A program made the translations under genes and the position numbers. A stretch of 64,000 nt of DNA from Bdellovibrionales bacterium GWB1_55_8 (GTDB taxonomy: Bacteria > Bdellovibrionota > UBA1018): the NCBI GenBank assembly GCA_001769835.1, contig MEPR01000035.1:24683-88682 (forward strand). The letters are read 5' to 3'. The notes under the pieces are model-generated. The model worked only from the letters and a program-made list of their open reading frames with translations. It was not told where the DNA came from and did not search any database. Below are positions 25,946 to 35,498 of the stretch, piece by piece; positions within the stretch are counted from its first letter, which is position 1, and each line of letters begins with the position of its first letter.

Positions 25946-26374
25946 ATGGAAGTGCTGAAACTGATCCGCTCCCAAATTCGCTGCCTCGAACGCTTCAAGG
26001 AGGCGTCTTCCTGCTTTCTTGCCGCGGCCGACGCAGGTGACTTCGGGGGGCTTGACCAGTTTGAGAGAAATCGCGCCTCCCTCCTCAAGGGATTTGACCT
26101 CTTCGACAGGAAAATAACTGAATCAGTCGCTCAGATGGGCCCAGGGGACCGCACACCGGCCCTCCTGGCCGAAGCTGAGGAACTGCTTTTCACGAAATCC
26201 TCGCTGATTCAGGAGATCATGGGCATTGATGACCGGATCATCGAAAGGATCTCTACGGAACAACTGCGGATCAGCACCGAAATATCCCGTACGCAGCGAA
26301 GCAATTCGCTGATGAAGCGCTTCAAAAGCGGCTGGGTCCCGGAATCCGGGGAACAGCTGGATGAAATCTTATGA
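25946..26374 (+). CDS. hypothetical helical protein in FliT position (possible FliT-like flagellar chaperone)
   Basis: 142 aa, helical. The position immediately after fliS matches the usual fliD-fliS-fliT order. No sequence-level proof. Confidence 0.35.
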   Translation: MEVLKLIRSQIRCLERFKEASSCFLAAADAGDFGGLDQFERNRASLLKGFDLFDRKITESVAQMGPGDRTPALLAEAEELLFTKSSLIQEIMGIDDRIIERISTEQLRISTEISRTQRSNSLMKRFKSGWVPESGEQLDEIL

Positions 26375-27588
26375 ACGACCAGACACACTCGATCGCACAC
26401 ACGATCCAGACATTGCTTGAACCCTCTCTGAAACGGGAGAACCTCGACGTGCTGGATATAGTTCCCATCCCGAAGCAGGGCGATCGAATGGTCCGTCTTC
26501 GCACCCTCGAGGAGGCCCTGGACGATTTTGATCGTTCGGATGATGCCGGCGAAGTCATGGGGTACCTCGTCCAGTTGAAGCGGGCCGCTCCGGGAAAGCC
26601 TGAAAAGGCGCAATCCCCCGCCCCCGCTCCCTACGCGATCACCAACGGAGAAGCACCGGAACCATCCGCTCAGAAATCCGGCATCGATTCCATTTATCTG
26701 CCGGATGGCAAACTGAACGTGCCGTTTCTGAAGCAAAACGCGGATCTGCTTTTCGAGGCGGGCGAATATACGCTCGCGCGTAATGTTTACAAGGCGATCG
26801 TCCAATCAGGAGAGAAGACCGCAGCGGCCCTGTTCGGGCTCGCCCGATGCTACGATATCGAGGGACGCATCGCGGAGGCGCAGGCGCATTACGAGGAATC
26901 CATCGCCTATCATCCGCAGGTCGAGGCTTACCAGAATCTGGCTCGACTTCTCATTCGACAACAGAAAGACCAGGAAGCCGCGGAAATGATCGCGCGCGCG
27001 CTCCTCTTGAAGGAGCTGGACGAGAAACAGCGCTTTGAACTGCACAAGGCGTGCGGCAACTGCTGGACACGCGTGAATCACGTGGTCAACGCGGAGAAAC
27101 ATTTCCAAAAAGCGCTGGAGCTCGAAACCGCTGCCGATGAGGTTCGCGCGAACCTTGGCGCGCTTTATCTTCAGAATAACCGGCATGTCGATGCCAAACG
27201 CCAGTTCCAGGATGCCGTAGCGTCCAATCCCAGGAACACCAAGGCGCTTCATGGCCTGGCCTCCTGCCATCTCGCGACCGGTGACAAGCGCCAGGCTCAC
27301 GATTTCTTTGCTAAATCACTGGATATTGAACTGAACAATCCGGCCGCCGTGTTCAACCTTGTGAAGTGCGCTTTCGAGATCAAGAGTTATGCCACGGCAG
27401 CACGAATCCTCGAAGAGTACGTTGAGACAGCTCCCATCAGCGCAAGCTTGCTTTACAGTCTGGCCGGGTTACAGTTCCACTTAGGGCGGTATCAAGACGC
27501 TAGGGCGACCACGGGAAGGATCCTGGAAATCGCCCCTCAGCATACCGCTACCATCGAGCTTCAAGCGATGATCGATCAAGTTCGTTAG
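26371..27588 (+). CDS. tetratricopeptide repeat protein
   Basis: Multiple 34-aa TPR units (for example AAALFGLARCYDIEGRIAEAQAHYEESIAYHPQ). The start overlaps the previous stop (ATGA). Confidence 0.6.
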   Translation: MNDQTHSIAHTIQTLLEPSLKRENLDVLDIVPIPKQGDRMVRLRTLEEALDDFDRSDDAGEVMGYLVQLKRAAPGKPEKAQSPAPAPYAITNGEAPEPSAQKSGIDSIYLPDGKLNVPFLKQNADLLFEAGEYTLARNVYKAIVQSGEKTAAALFGLARCYDIEGRIAEAQAHYEESIAYHPQVEAYQNLARLLIRQQKDQEAAEMIARALLLKELDEKQRFELHKACGNCWTRVNHVVNAEKHFQKALELETAADEVRANLGALYLQNNRHVDAKRQFQDAVASNPRNTKALHGLASCHLATGDKRQAHDFFAKSLDIELNNPAAVFNLVKCAFEIKSYATAARILEEYVETAPISASLLYSLAGLQFHLGRYQDARATTGRILEIAPQHTATIELQAMIDQVR

Positions 27589-27626
27589 CTGGAAGCTCGA
27601 TAGCTGGCAGTCTGTTAGGAGGACAG

Positions 27627-27776
27627 ATGGCAGTAAATCCCAATCTGCTCCAAGGCGAGCTGAACGACGGGACAAACGACGACTCGACACTGAAGGTTGA
27701 GCAACTCCTGGCTGGATTTTTGCGCACTCTATTGGAAGAGGCAAAGGATTCAGAGCCACAGGAGCGCTCTCCATGA
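27627..27776 (+). CDS. unannotated small ORF, 49 aa (MAVNPNLLQGELNDGTNDDSTLKVEQLLAGFLRTLLEEAKDSEPQERSP)
   Basis: AGGAGGA SD 5 nt upstream of ATG 27627. Its TGA overlaps ATG 27773 of the GT9 gene (ATGA coupling). It is below the size cutoff of the ORF track. Confidence 0.35.
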   Translation: MAVNPNLLQGELNDGTNDDSTLKVEQLLAGFLRTLLEEAKDSEPQERSP

Positions 27777-29611
27777 AACTTCGTTGTGTTGTGCTTCAAT
27801 TGGGTCCGCTGCGGTCCACGTTTCAGGCAATCGCGGCCTTGAAGTCAGCAAAGGAACTCTATCCCGGGCTGGAACTCCACGTGGTCACGACCGAGAGCTC
27901 CACGGAAGCGCTCCAGCGAGTGGCCTGGATTGACGAGGTCATCACACTTCCCGCGAAGGCCTTGGTCCGCGACATCACCTCCGGGGAGCTCCGGGAGAAA
28001 CACGCGTTGGGCAACCTGGCCCGCTGGATCGGGCCTCTCGTTCAATTCCGCTGGGACTTTCTGATCAACTGGACCTATTCAGGCTCGAGCAGTTATCTTG
28101 CGGCAATGATCCCGGCTCGCGTGAAGCTCGGACTGACCCGGCGAATGAACGACCTGACCGTCTCAGCGCCCGACGGCTGGAGCCGCTATTTTCAAGCAAT
28201 CGTTCAGGGCGATTTGCCACAGAACATCCATGTCACCGACATTCTGAGCACCCAACTGCTCACGGCGCTCCAGATCCATTGCGGCCCTCCGGCAACGGGC
28301 GCCAAGAGCCTTGGTATTTTCTCCGTGGATTTGGGGGCCGACGGCCGAAAACTCTCGAAAATCACGGACACCGTATGGGCTTCGCGCGATCGTGGCAAGA
28401 AATGGATCGCCTTCCAGCTGGAACCAACCGGCAAAAAACCAGGGTGGGGGACCGAAAACTGGGGCAAACTCGCGGCCAGGATTTTGCGCAGGCATCCGAG
28501 CCACGCGATTGTCCTGCTCGGAATGCACTCTGAATCCCGTGCTGCAACTCACCTGCTTTCGAATATTCGCGGCGAGGGACAGGATCCGGCAAGAGTTCTG
28601 AACCTGGTTGGAAAAACTGACTTCAATCTCTGGAGCACGATCGCGGGGAGCGTTTCCTGGGTCCTCAGCGGAAATGAAACCGCCATCCCGCTCGCGAGTC
28701 TGCTTGGCACTCGCGTCGTTCAGATATCCACGGGGTCCTCGCGGCTTGATTTCGGTCCCTACGGAAACGGGCACTACGTGATCAGCACAGCCGTTGATTG
28801 TGCCGCATGCCTTGGCGCAATCGGAGCTCCGCACGAATGTCGCCGATCCATCACACCGGACGCAGCCTACGCCATCTGGTCCTATGGCTCGAGCGAGTGG
28901 TCACATCTCCGAAAAAACAGCCTTGAGAAACACTTTTCACGCCTTGGACTGACTGACGACATCCGCGAACTCCGCGTCCACCGTTCCAGAATCCGGACAA
29001 TTGACCAGGGTGGAGGCATGGAATTTGAAGCCTTGACCAAACGTCCTACCCATATACGCGAATGGACAGCGATGGTGCTCGAACATCTTGCCCGCGAACT
29101 CTACTGCGGCTGGACACCTGAAATTCCGCAGCAACTGGCAAATGTTCGCCTCGGAACCGAACTGTTGCGCGAACTTCGGGCCATCAAGGAAAAGGGCGCA
29201 GCCCTGGCGAAAATCGGTGCCGAGGCGAATCGAATCTCGGCAAAGCTTTCCGGGCGATCCGCCGCACTCAAATCCGAGAACGTCATGAGCCTCGATGAGC
29301 GCGCGGAACTACAAAGTCTTTCGTCCGAGCTTCATCAGCTGGAAAACCTTTTAAAACGTCTCGCAGAGGGCCAGCCGGCCATTTCCGCGCTCGTGCGTCT
29401 TCACGCGGTCATGATGCACAACCTGACTGGTGCCCAGCTCGCGGAACTCAGCTCTGAGGCGAGCCTCTGGTACACGCAGCTTGCTGACTCAGCGGAGCGC
29501 TTGAGTGAATGGGCGAAGGAATCCCTTCTGCTTGCCCGGCCTGTGGCAATCGCTTCGTCTCAATCAACCCACGTGTCGGAGCGGACGTTCCCGGTCGATA
29601 CGCTCGAATAG
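27773..29611 (+). CDS. glycosyltransferase family 9 (heptosyltransferase-like) with about 250-aa C-terminal coiled-coil extension
   Basis: N-terminus LRCVVLQLGPLRSTFQAIAALKSAKELYPGLELHVVTTE is the GT9 N-terminal Rossmann-domain signature. Confidence 0.6.
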   Translation: MKLRCVVLQLGPLRSTFQAIAALKSAKELYPGLELHVVTTESSTEALQRVAWIDEVITLPAKALVRDITSGELREKHALGNLARWIGPLVQFRWDFLINWTYSGSSSYLAAMIPARVKLGLTRRMNDLTVSAPDGWSRYFQAIVQGDLPQNIHVTDILSTQLLTALQIHCGPPATGAKSLGIFSVDLGADGRKLSKITDTVWASRDRGKKWIAFQLEPTGKKPGWGTENWGKLAARILRRHPSHAIVLLGMHSESRAATHLLSNIRGEGQDPARVLNLVGKTDFNLWSTIAGSVSWVLSGNETAIPLASLLGTRVVQISTGSSRLDFGPYGNGHYVISTAVDCAACLGAIGAPHECRRSITPDAAYAIWSYGSSEWSHLRKNSLEKHFSRLGLTDDIRELRVHRSRIRTIDQGGGMEFEALTKRPTHIREWTAMVLEHLARELYCGWTPEIPQQLANVRLGTELLRELRAIKEKGAALAKIGAEANRISAKLSGRSAALKSENVMSLDERAELQSLSSELHQLENLLKRLAEGQPAISALVRLHAVMMHNLTGAQLAELSSEASLWYTQLADSAERLSEWAKESLLLARPVAIASSQSTHVSERTFPVDTLE

Positions 29612-30034
29612 GCTTCTTAGTTTCACGGGAAGTTCGTGCGGCTTCGCCCAAGCCAGATTTTTCGGCAAAACGTCCAACACCCGGTGAAGCGTCTGTTGCT
29701 CCAATGCGCCGCGGACCATCCCTAGCATCGGCGGGTCGGCGATCAAGACCAGATGGTCATAGGAATTATGAGTTCGTCCCTGATCCAGTTTTTTTGCGAT
29801 TTCCCGCGCAAATCCCAACGCGGCAGCCTGGTCTGGCGGCATCGACGCCATGTAGCCATGCCGACTCACGCTCGTCGGGCTGAATCCGCGTCCGGGCTTG
29901 TCTGAATTGATGTCGTGCTTCCTCAGTCGTCCCTTTGGATTTTCCAAGAGATCAACCAGCTCCAGCTCGTGAGCATAGGGCCTTCTTCTAAATATTCGTG
30001 CTCCTGTCTGACTCGCGATGACTATCCATTCCAT
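29564..30034 (-). CDS. host-attachment-protein family (baeRF12-like) protein
   Basis: MEWIVIASQTGARIF... and YDHLVLIADPPMLGMVRGAL fit the WxLVADgxrARIF / LVLVAPP pattern of this family. Start taken at ATG 30034; the track start at 30085 is also possible. Confidence 0.5.
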   Translation of the reverse strand: MEWIVIASQTGARIFRRRPYAHELELVDLLENPKGRLRKHDINSDKPGRGFSPTSVSRHGYMASMPPDQAAALGFAREIAKKLDQGRTHNSYDHLVLIADPPMLGMVRGALEQQTLHRVLDVLPKNLAWAKPHELPVKLRSLFERIDRERPLRHVG

Positions 30035-30106
30035 GGAGATCAGAAGTGCAAACATTCGACCCAAATTGCGCCGCCGGACGGGCATATGCGTTGCTACGTC
30101 CCGAGT

Positions 30107-30583
30107 ATGGCGAAGCTAGTTGAGGTTCGGAGCGGGCGCCCGTCGTTGGTCTTTATTTTTACCACGGGCGTTATCGCCGCTTTCATCGTCTCGCTTTTCA
30201 TCGCGACAGGAATCTGGATGCACTGGTTTCCCACGCCGGCAGGAGCTGGACCGATCACCTGGATTCTGGGCCTTTTTCTGCATCTTCTGATGGGTGGGGG
30301 TTTCGCTCTCATCTACTCAGCGCTTTTCCGTTCACTTGCGAAATCCGGCGCTGCCACAGGAGCGGTGATCGGGTTCTTCCACTGGGTTGTCGTAGGCATT
30401 CTGATCAGCTTGCTGCTCGGGCCCTCGAACAGGGCCTATTGGATCATGTATGGGCGGCCCACATTCTTCAGTTCGCTGACCCTGCACCTTTTATTCGGAG
30501 CAATCGTGGGTGGCTTCCATCGGTTTGCAATCCAGGCGAATCGAAAACAGCAGACCCTTCGAAGATCGGAGCGTGCAGCGTGA
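30107..30583 (+). CDS. hypothetical membrane protein (4 TM)
   Basis: Hydrophobic segments begin right after MAKLVEVRSGRPSLVFIFTTGVIAAFIV. The track's longer form from 29915 would overlap the convergent gene. Confidence 0.45.
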   Translation: MAKLVEVRSGRPSLVFIFTTGVIAAFIVSLFIATGIWMHWFPTPAGAGPITWILGLFLHLLMGGGFALIYSALFRSLAKSGAATGAVIGFFHWVVVGILISLLLGPSNRAYWIMYGRPTFFSSLTLHLLFGAIVGGFHRFAIQANRKQQTLRRSERAA

Positions 30584-30729
30584 AATGGATATTGATCTCC
30601 TTGCTAGGTGTTTTCGTGTTATCCGGGTCCGGTTGCAATCAACCCCGCGACACGGACGTCCCGGAGCCCATGGTGCAGGCCGAACCCGAACACACGCCGA
30701 TCCCTGTCACAAGTCCCGAGTTAGATTGA
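30580..30729 (+). CDS. possible small lipoprotein, 49 aa (MKWILISLLGVFVLSGSGC NQPRDTDVPEP...)
   Basis: GTG at 30580 overlaps the upstream TGA (GTGA). Signal peptide plus lipobox-like LSGSGC. It forms part of the track ORF 30439..30729. Confidence 0.3.
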   Translation: MKWILISLLGVFVLSGSGCNQPRDTDVPEPMVQAEPEHTPIPVTSPELD

Positions 30730-30772
30730 GTTAGTGCCCGGCTGCCGCTAGAATCCAAACCTGGAGCCATTT

Positions 30773-32050
30773 ATGAATCCTGGAACGATGGAGATTCTGG
30801 CCACGGTCATTTTTTCAATCGCCGTTGCCCACACTTTTCTCTGCAGCCGATTTCAGCACCTCGCCGGAAATTATCCGGAAGGGTCCATCGCTGAAAATGT
30901 CTTTCATCTTCTGGGTGAGGTCGAAATCGTCTTTGGCCTCTGGGCCGGCGTTCTGGTTATCGCGCTGTCCCTTTTCGTAGGCACCCACGAGGCCGTGAGA
31001 TACACCGACAGGCTGAATTTCACTGAACCGCTCTTTGTGTTTGCAATCATGGCTGCCGCTGCGACCCGCCCGGTGATTGATTTCGCCACGCGATCCGTCC
31101 TGCTGTTTGGGAGAATTCTTCCCCTGCCCCGTGAGTTCGCCGTCTATTTTTCAGCTCTGTCGATCGCACCGCTTTTCGGAAGCTTCATAACCGAACCGGC
31201 GGCTATGACCGTGACCGCCCTTATTCTGCGCAAGCGGTACTATGAAAAGAACATTTCGGCCTACTTCAAATACATCACGCTTGCCGTGCTCTTCGTGAAT
31301 GTTTCGATAGGTGGAGTCCTGACCCCCTATGCGGCTCCTCCTGTCCTGATGGTAGCGGGCAAATGGAACTTTGACTTGGCATTCATGCTGGGCCACTTCG
31401 GATGGAAGTCCGCCGTAGCCACCATGATCAACGCATTCGGGGCGGCGTTCCTGCTTCGAAAGGAACTTGGCTCGCTGAACGGTGCGCCCGAAAACTCCGT
31501 CCGGGCTTCCGTACCGATCTGGCTCACGGTCATCCATCTTCTATTTCTCGGTCTTATTGTCATCAGCGCTCATCATCCGGTCATTTTCCTGGGTATTTTC
31601 ATGTTCTTCCTGGGTGTGGCGACGATCACGCGCGAATACCAGGACGAACTCAAGATTCGCGAAAGCCTGCTGGTCGCGTTTTTTCTCGGGGGCCTGGTGG
31701 TGCTCGGCGGCCTGCAGGCCTGGTGGCTCGAGCCTCTGATCCGCGGCCTGGATACCCTGCCCCTTTTCCTGGGCGCCACCGCGCTCACTGCCTTCACCGA
31801 CAACGCCGCTCTGACGTACCTTGGGTCCCAGGTCCCCAATGTCTCTGACGCTTTCAAGTACGCCCTCGTGGGTGGGGCGATCGCGGGCGGAGGGCTCACG
31901 GTAATCGCAAACGCTCCGAATCCCGCGGGCTATTCCATTCTTCAGGACCGCTTTGGTCCTGACGGCATCAGCCCCGCAAAGCTCGCTCTTGCCGCACTCG
32001 TACCCACGCTGGTGGCAATGGCTTGCCTTTGGCTGCTTCCCTCGTTTTAA
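30773..32050 (+). CDS. polytopic integral membrane protein (transporter-like, family not assigned)
   Basis: 425 aa, about 11-12 TM segments. No signature recognised with certainty. Confidence 0.5.
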   Translation: MNPGTMEILATVIFSIAVAHTFLCSRFQHLAGNYPEGSIAENVFHLLGEVEIVFGLWAGVLVIALSLFVGTHEAVRYTDRLNFTEPLFVFAIMAAAATRPVIDFATRSVLLFGRILPLPREFAVYFSALSIAPLFGSFITEPAAMTVTALILRKRYYEKNISAYFKYITLAVLFVNVSIGGVLTPYAAPPVLMVAGKWNFDLAFMLGHFGWKSAVATMINAFGAAFLLRKELGSLNGAPENSVRASVPIWLTVIHLLFLGLIVISAHHPVIFLGIFMFFLGVATITREYQDELKIRESLLVAFFLGGLVVLGGLQAWWLEPLIRGLDTLPLFLGATALTAFTDNAALTYLGSQVPNVSDAFKYALVGGAIAGGGLTVIANAPNPAGYSILQDRFGPDGISPAKLALAALVPTLVAMACLWLLPSF

Positions 32051-32135
32051 AAGGAGACCGGCAGCACGTTATTGCGGCAGGTCAAATGCCTTTTTCCTTG
32101 AGTTCGCCTTCGCCGGCTCGTAACAAAGGGGGACC

Positions 32136-32492
32136 ATGATTTCCTATCCGATTTATAAAATTATTCACATCTCGGGCGTGCTGATGCTTTTCCTCGCGCT
32201 CGGTGGAATGCTCTTGAATCGAACCCGGCCTCATCCCGAAAAAAAATTGATCTCGATCACTCATGGGATTTCGCTGGTCTTTCTTCTGATCGGAGGTTTT
32301 GGCGCTCTTGCACGTCTTGGCTTCGTTGGAACGCTGCCGGGCTGGGCCATGGCGAAGCTTGCGATCTGGGTGGTTTTTGCCGCTGGCACCTTCTTCATGG
32401 CTCGACGCCCGACGCTTTCGCTATCTTTCTGGTGGATCACATTATCGCTTGGCGTGGTTGCTACGGTGTTAGCCACAACCAAGCCGTTTTGA
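32136..32492 (+). CDS. small 4-TM membrane protein
   Basis: 118 aa; hydrophobicity pattern only. Confidence 0.4.
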   Translation: MISYPIYKIIHISGVLMLFLALGGMLLNRTRPHPEKKLISITHGISLVFLLIGGFGALARLGFVGTLPGWAMAKLAIWVVFAAGTFFMARRPTLSLSFWWITLSLGVVATVLATTKPF

Positions 32493-32504
32493 CAGGAACA
32501 GACA

Positions 32505-33449
32505 ATGGAAACCGCACCACTCTCAGCATGGATTGGCTTCAACATTTTCGTGCTCTTGATGCTGGCTCTTGACCTTGGTATTTTCAACCGCAAGGCACAC
32601 GAGATCCGTTTCAAGGAGGCGATGGGCTGGACTGCCGTGTGGATCTCACTCGCCCTGATCTTCAACATCGGACTGGGGCATTGGTACGGCCACCAAAAAG
32701 CTCTCGAATTCCTGACCGGCTATCTGATCGAGAAGTCGCTGAGCGTGGACAATATTTTCATTTTCCTCGTCATCTTCTCATATTTTCGCGTGCCGCCGAA
32801 GTATCAGCACAAGGTCCTTTTCTGGGGCATTCTTGGCGCACTCCTGATGCGCGGCGCATTCATCTATGCGGGCGTTCAGATGATCCTGCGATTCCACTGG
32901 ATCATTTACGTGTTCGGCGGGTTCCTGATTTTCACCGGGATCAAGATGTTCTTTCACAAAGAGCAGGAATTGGACCCGGAGAAGAACCTCGCTGTACGAC
33001 TCGTCAGAAAGATTCTCCCCGTCACGATGTCAGGCGCCACTGATGGAAAATTCCTGATTCGTGAGAACGGAAAGTGGATGGCGACGCCTCTTCTGCTCGT
33101 TCTTGTTCTGGTTGAAACGACGGACCTGATTTTCGCGATGGACTCGATTCCGGCGATTCTTGCCATTTCACAGGATTCGTTCATCGTTTATACGTCGAAC
33201 GTTTTCGCAATCCTCGGGCTCCGGTCCCTCTATTTCGCGCTCGCGGGTCTGCTGCAGCTCTTCCACTACCTGCATTACGGGTTGAGTGCGGTCCTCATTT
33301 TCGTCGGTGCGAAGATGATCCTGGCCGACTGGGTCAAGATTCCAACGGGTATCGCGCTCTCCGTGGTGCTTGGAATTCTGCTCATCTCTGTTGCAGCTTC
33401 CTTCGCCTTTCCACCTAAGAAAGACGCGCCTGACTCCCATGAAACCTGA
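32505..33449 (+). CDS. TerC family membrane protein
   Basis: SVDNIFIFLVIF and repeated TerC motifs (DSIPAILAIS). Confidence 0.85.
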   Translation: METAPLSAWIGFNIFVLLMLALDLGIFNRKAHEIRFKEAMGWTAVWISLALIFNIGLGHWYGHQKALEFLTGYLIEKSLSVDNIFIFLVIFSYFRVPPKYQHKVLFWGILGALLMRGAFIYAGVQMILRFHWIIYVFGGFLIFTGIKMFFHKEQELDPEKNLAVRLVRKILPVTMSGATDGKFLIRENGKWMATPLLLVLVLVETTDLIFAMDSIPAILAISQDSFIVYTSNVFAILGLRSLYFALAGLLQLFHYLHYGLSAVLIFVGAKMILADWVKIPTGIALSVVLGILLISVAASFAFPPKKDAPDSHET

Positions 33450-33570
33450 CTCATTCAGTCCGCCTATCATTGTATAATTACTTCAGTTTTTATATTCAGT
33501 GTCCGAAGAGCCTAGCGACCCTTCCGGTCTCATTACCCAACCAGCAGTACCGAATTTAGAGGACGACAGG

Positions 33571-35400
33571 ATGAAATCGATTCTCGCACTTGCCCTCGGT
33601 CTCGCGTTTTTGGGTCTCTCAATCCCCCAGGCCAATGCTGAAGGAAGCACTCCTGAAAAAGATTGGACCCTGATGGTTTTTCTGAACGGTGACAACAATC
33701 TCGATTCGTTCGGAACCGCGGATATGAAAGAGATGGAAATGGTCGGCTCGAATGAACGAGTGAACGTCGTCGTTCTTCGGGACACAAACAAATTGAATGT
33801 CAGCTCCAAGATCTTTCACGTCGAAAAAGGAAGCTCCCGAATGGTGAAGGACTACGGGTCCAACATCGATATGGGAGACTGGCAGAACCTGGTCGAATTC
33901 TTCAGATATACGAAAGAGAACTTTCCCGCGAAAAATTATTTCGTGGATATCTGGAATCACGGTGGGGGCTGGAAGAAAAAACTGGAGGAGAACGACCCGC
34001 AGCGCGGGATCTCCTACGATGATCACAGCGGCAATCACATCACGACACCCCAGCTCGGAGAGGCTTTCCGGCAGATGCAGCAGCTGAACGGTGGGAAAAA
34101 AATCGGAATCCTCGGAATGGACGCCTGCGTGATGCAGATGGCGGAAGTTGCGTATGAAGTGAAGGATTCGGCGCGGATCGTGATCGGATCGGAAGATAAC
34201 GAACCGGCAGATGGCTGGGCTTATCAGCTCTTTCTGACGGAGCTGCTGAAAAAACCTGAAATGTCCGCCGAAGAGCTGGGTGTTATCGTCGAACGCGAAT
34301 ATGCCCGATCCTATGACGGAGGAGTGCAAGGCAGGAAGACGGTCCAGGGCAGCGCGGTCTCGACGGAAAAGCTGACGACGTCAGTTGAAAGCCTGAACGC
34401 ATTCCTCAGCCAGGCCATTGCGCTGGCGCCTATTTATCACAGCCAGTTCAAGGATGCGATGAAGCGTGTGCAACAGTTCGGAGAACCCGCCTTTAAGGAT
34501 CTTCAGCACTATTTGATGCTCCTCCGCGGAACCGTGGACCCGGGGCTTCAGCAGCTGATTGATGATGCTTTGAAAGCTCTCGGCGAGGCAGTTCTTGGGA
34601 ACTTCATCACGGGCAGCGGCCTCGGAAACTCTCATGGCATCGCAATCTGGATTCCAGATGCCACTTATCTTCAAGCCAAGCGTTCCCAATATGCCGAACT
34701 CAATTGGGCTCGCGACAGTCTCTGGGATGAGTTTCTCGACGCCATCCTGGTTCCAAAGTTCCCTCTGCTAAGCATTGGAAACATGAACGTGCGTGACCAG
34801 GACGGCGATGGTTTCCTCAAGCCTGGTGAAGCGTTCACCGTTGAAGTGGAGATGAAAAACGAATCCACCACTGCGGCACGAGACGTTCGACTCTCAATGA
34901 CAGGACCGTCCGGGGTCGCCGTGATAAGCCCGCCGATAGTGATCCCTGCCATTGAGAAAGGCAGCATGAAGTTTGATGGTCCCTCCGCGATTCTGGATGC
35001 GGGGGTTTCTCCCGGAAGTTACTCGTTTCGAATTCAGGCGGAAATCAACGGGATCGGTATGATCGAAAAAGATTTCCAGGTCCAGGTCGACAAGGAATAC
35101 ACACTCGAGGACTACGCTGTTTCCACTCCTCATCCATATCCCTCGAATATGAAACAGGAATGGGAGATTTCGAAGGCCGGAGCGGAAGGAATTCGTATTC
35201 ATTTCGCGCGTTTTGAGACCGAAACCCGTTTTGATACGGTGCAAGTCTTTGACAAGGCCGGCAATCTCGTCCTGACGCTGGATGGCATAAAAGACGCGTT
35301 CTGGACTCCCGTGATTCCCGGGGATCTGGTCCGCATTCGGATACAGACCGATGGTTCTGTTGCGCAGTACGGCTTCGACATCGATCGCATCGCTTACTAA
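33571..35400 (+). CDS. clostripain-family (C11) cysteine peptidase with C-terminal beta-rich extension, secreted
   Basis: Signal peptide MKSILALALGLAFLGLSIPQANA. WTLMVFLNGDNNLD, the His in DIWNHGGGW and the Cys in LGMDACVMQ form the C11 His/Cys dyad context. Confidence 0.75.
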   Translation: MKSILALALGLAFLGLSIPQANAEGSTPEKDWTLMVFLNGDNNLDSFGTADMKEMEMVGSNERVNVVVLRDTNKLNVSSKIFHVEKGSSRMVKDYGSNIDMGDWQNLVEFFRYTKENFPAKNYFVDIWNHGGGWKKKLEENDPQRGISYDDHSGNHITTPQLGEAFRQMQQLNGGKKIGILGMDACVMQMAEVAYEVKDSARIVIGSEDNEPADGWAYQLFLTELLKKPEMSAEELGVIVEREYARSYDGGVQGRKTVQGSAVSTEKLTTSVESLNAFLSQAIALAPIYHSQFKDAMKRVQQFGEPAFKDLQHYLMLLRGTVDPGLQQLIDDALKALGEAVLGNFITGSGLGNSHGIAIWIPDATYLQAKRSQYAELNWARDSLWDEFLDAILVPKFPLLSIGNMNVRDQDGDGFLKPGEAFTVEVEMKNESTTAARDVRLSMTGPSGVAVISPPIVIPAIEKGSMKFDGPSAILDAGVSPGSYSFRIQAEINGIGMIEKDFQVQVDKEYTLEDYAVSTPHPYPSNMKQEWEISKAGAEGIRIHFARFETETRFDTVQVFDKAGNLVLTLDGIKDAFWTPVIPGDLVRIRIQTDGSVAQYGFDIDRIAY

Positions 35401-35498
35401 AAAGAGCATCTGAAATTCCCTGAGCCAAGACTCTGCATGTCAGGGTCTTGGCTTTTGTTTTTCGTGCTTTTAGAGCCATGAATGGCTATGCTGGCCGC

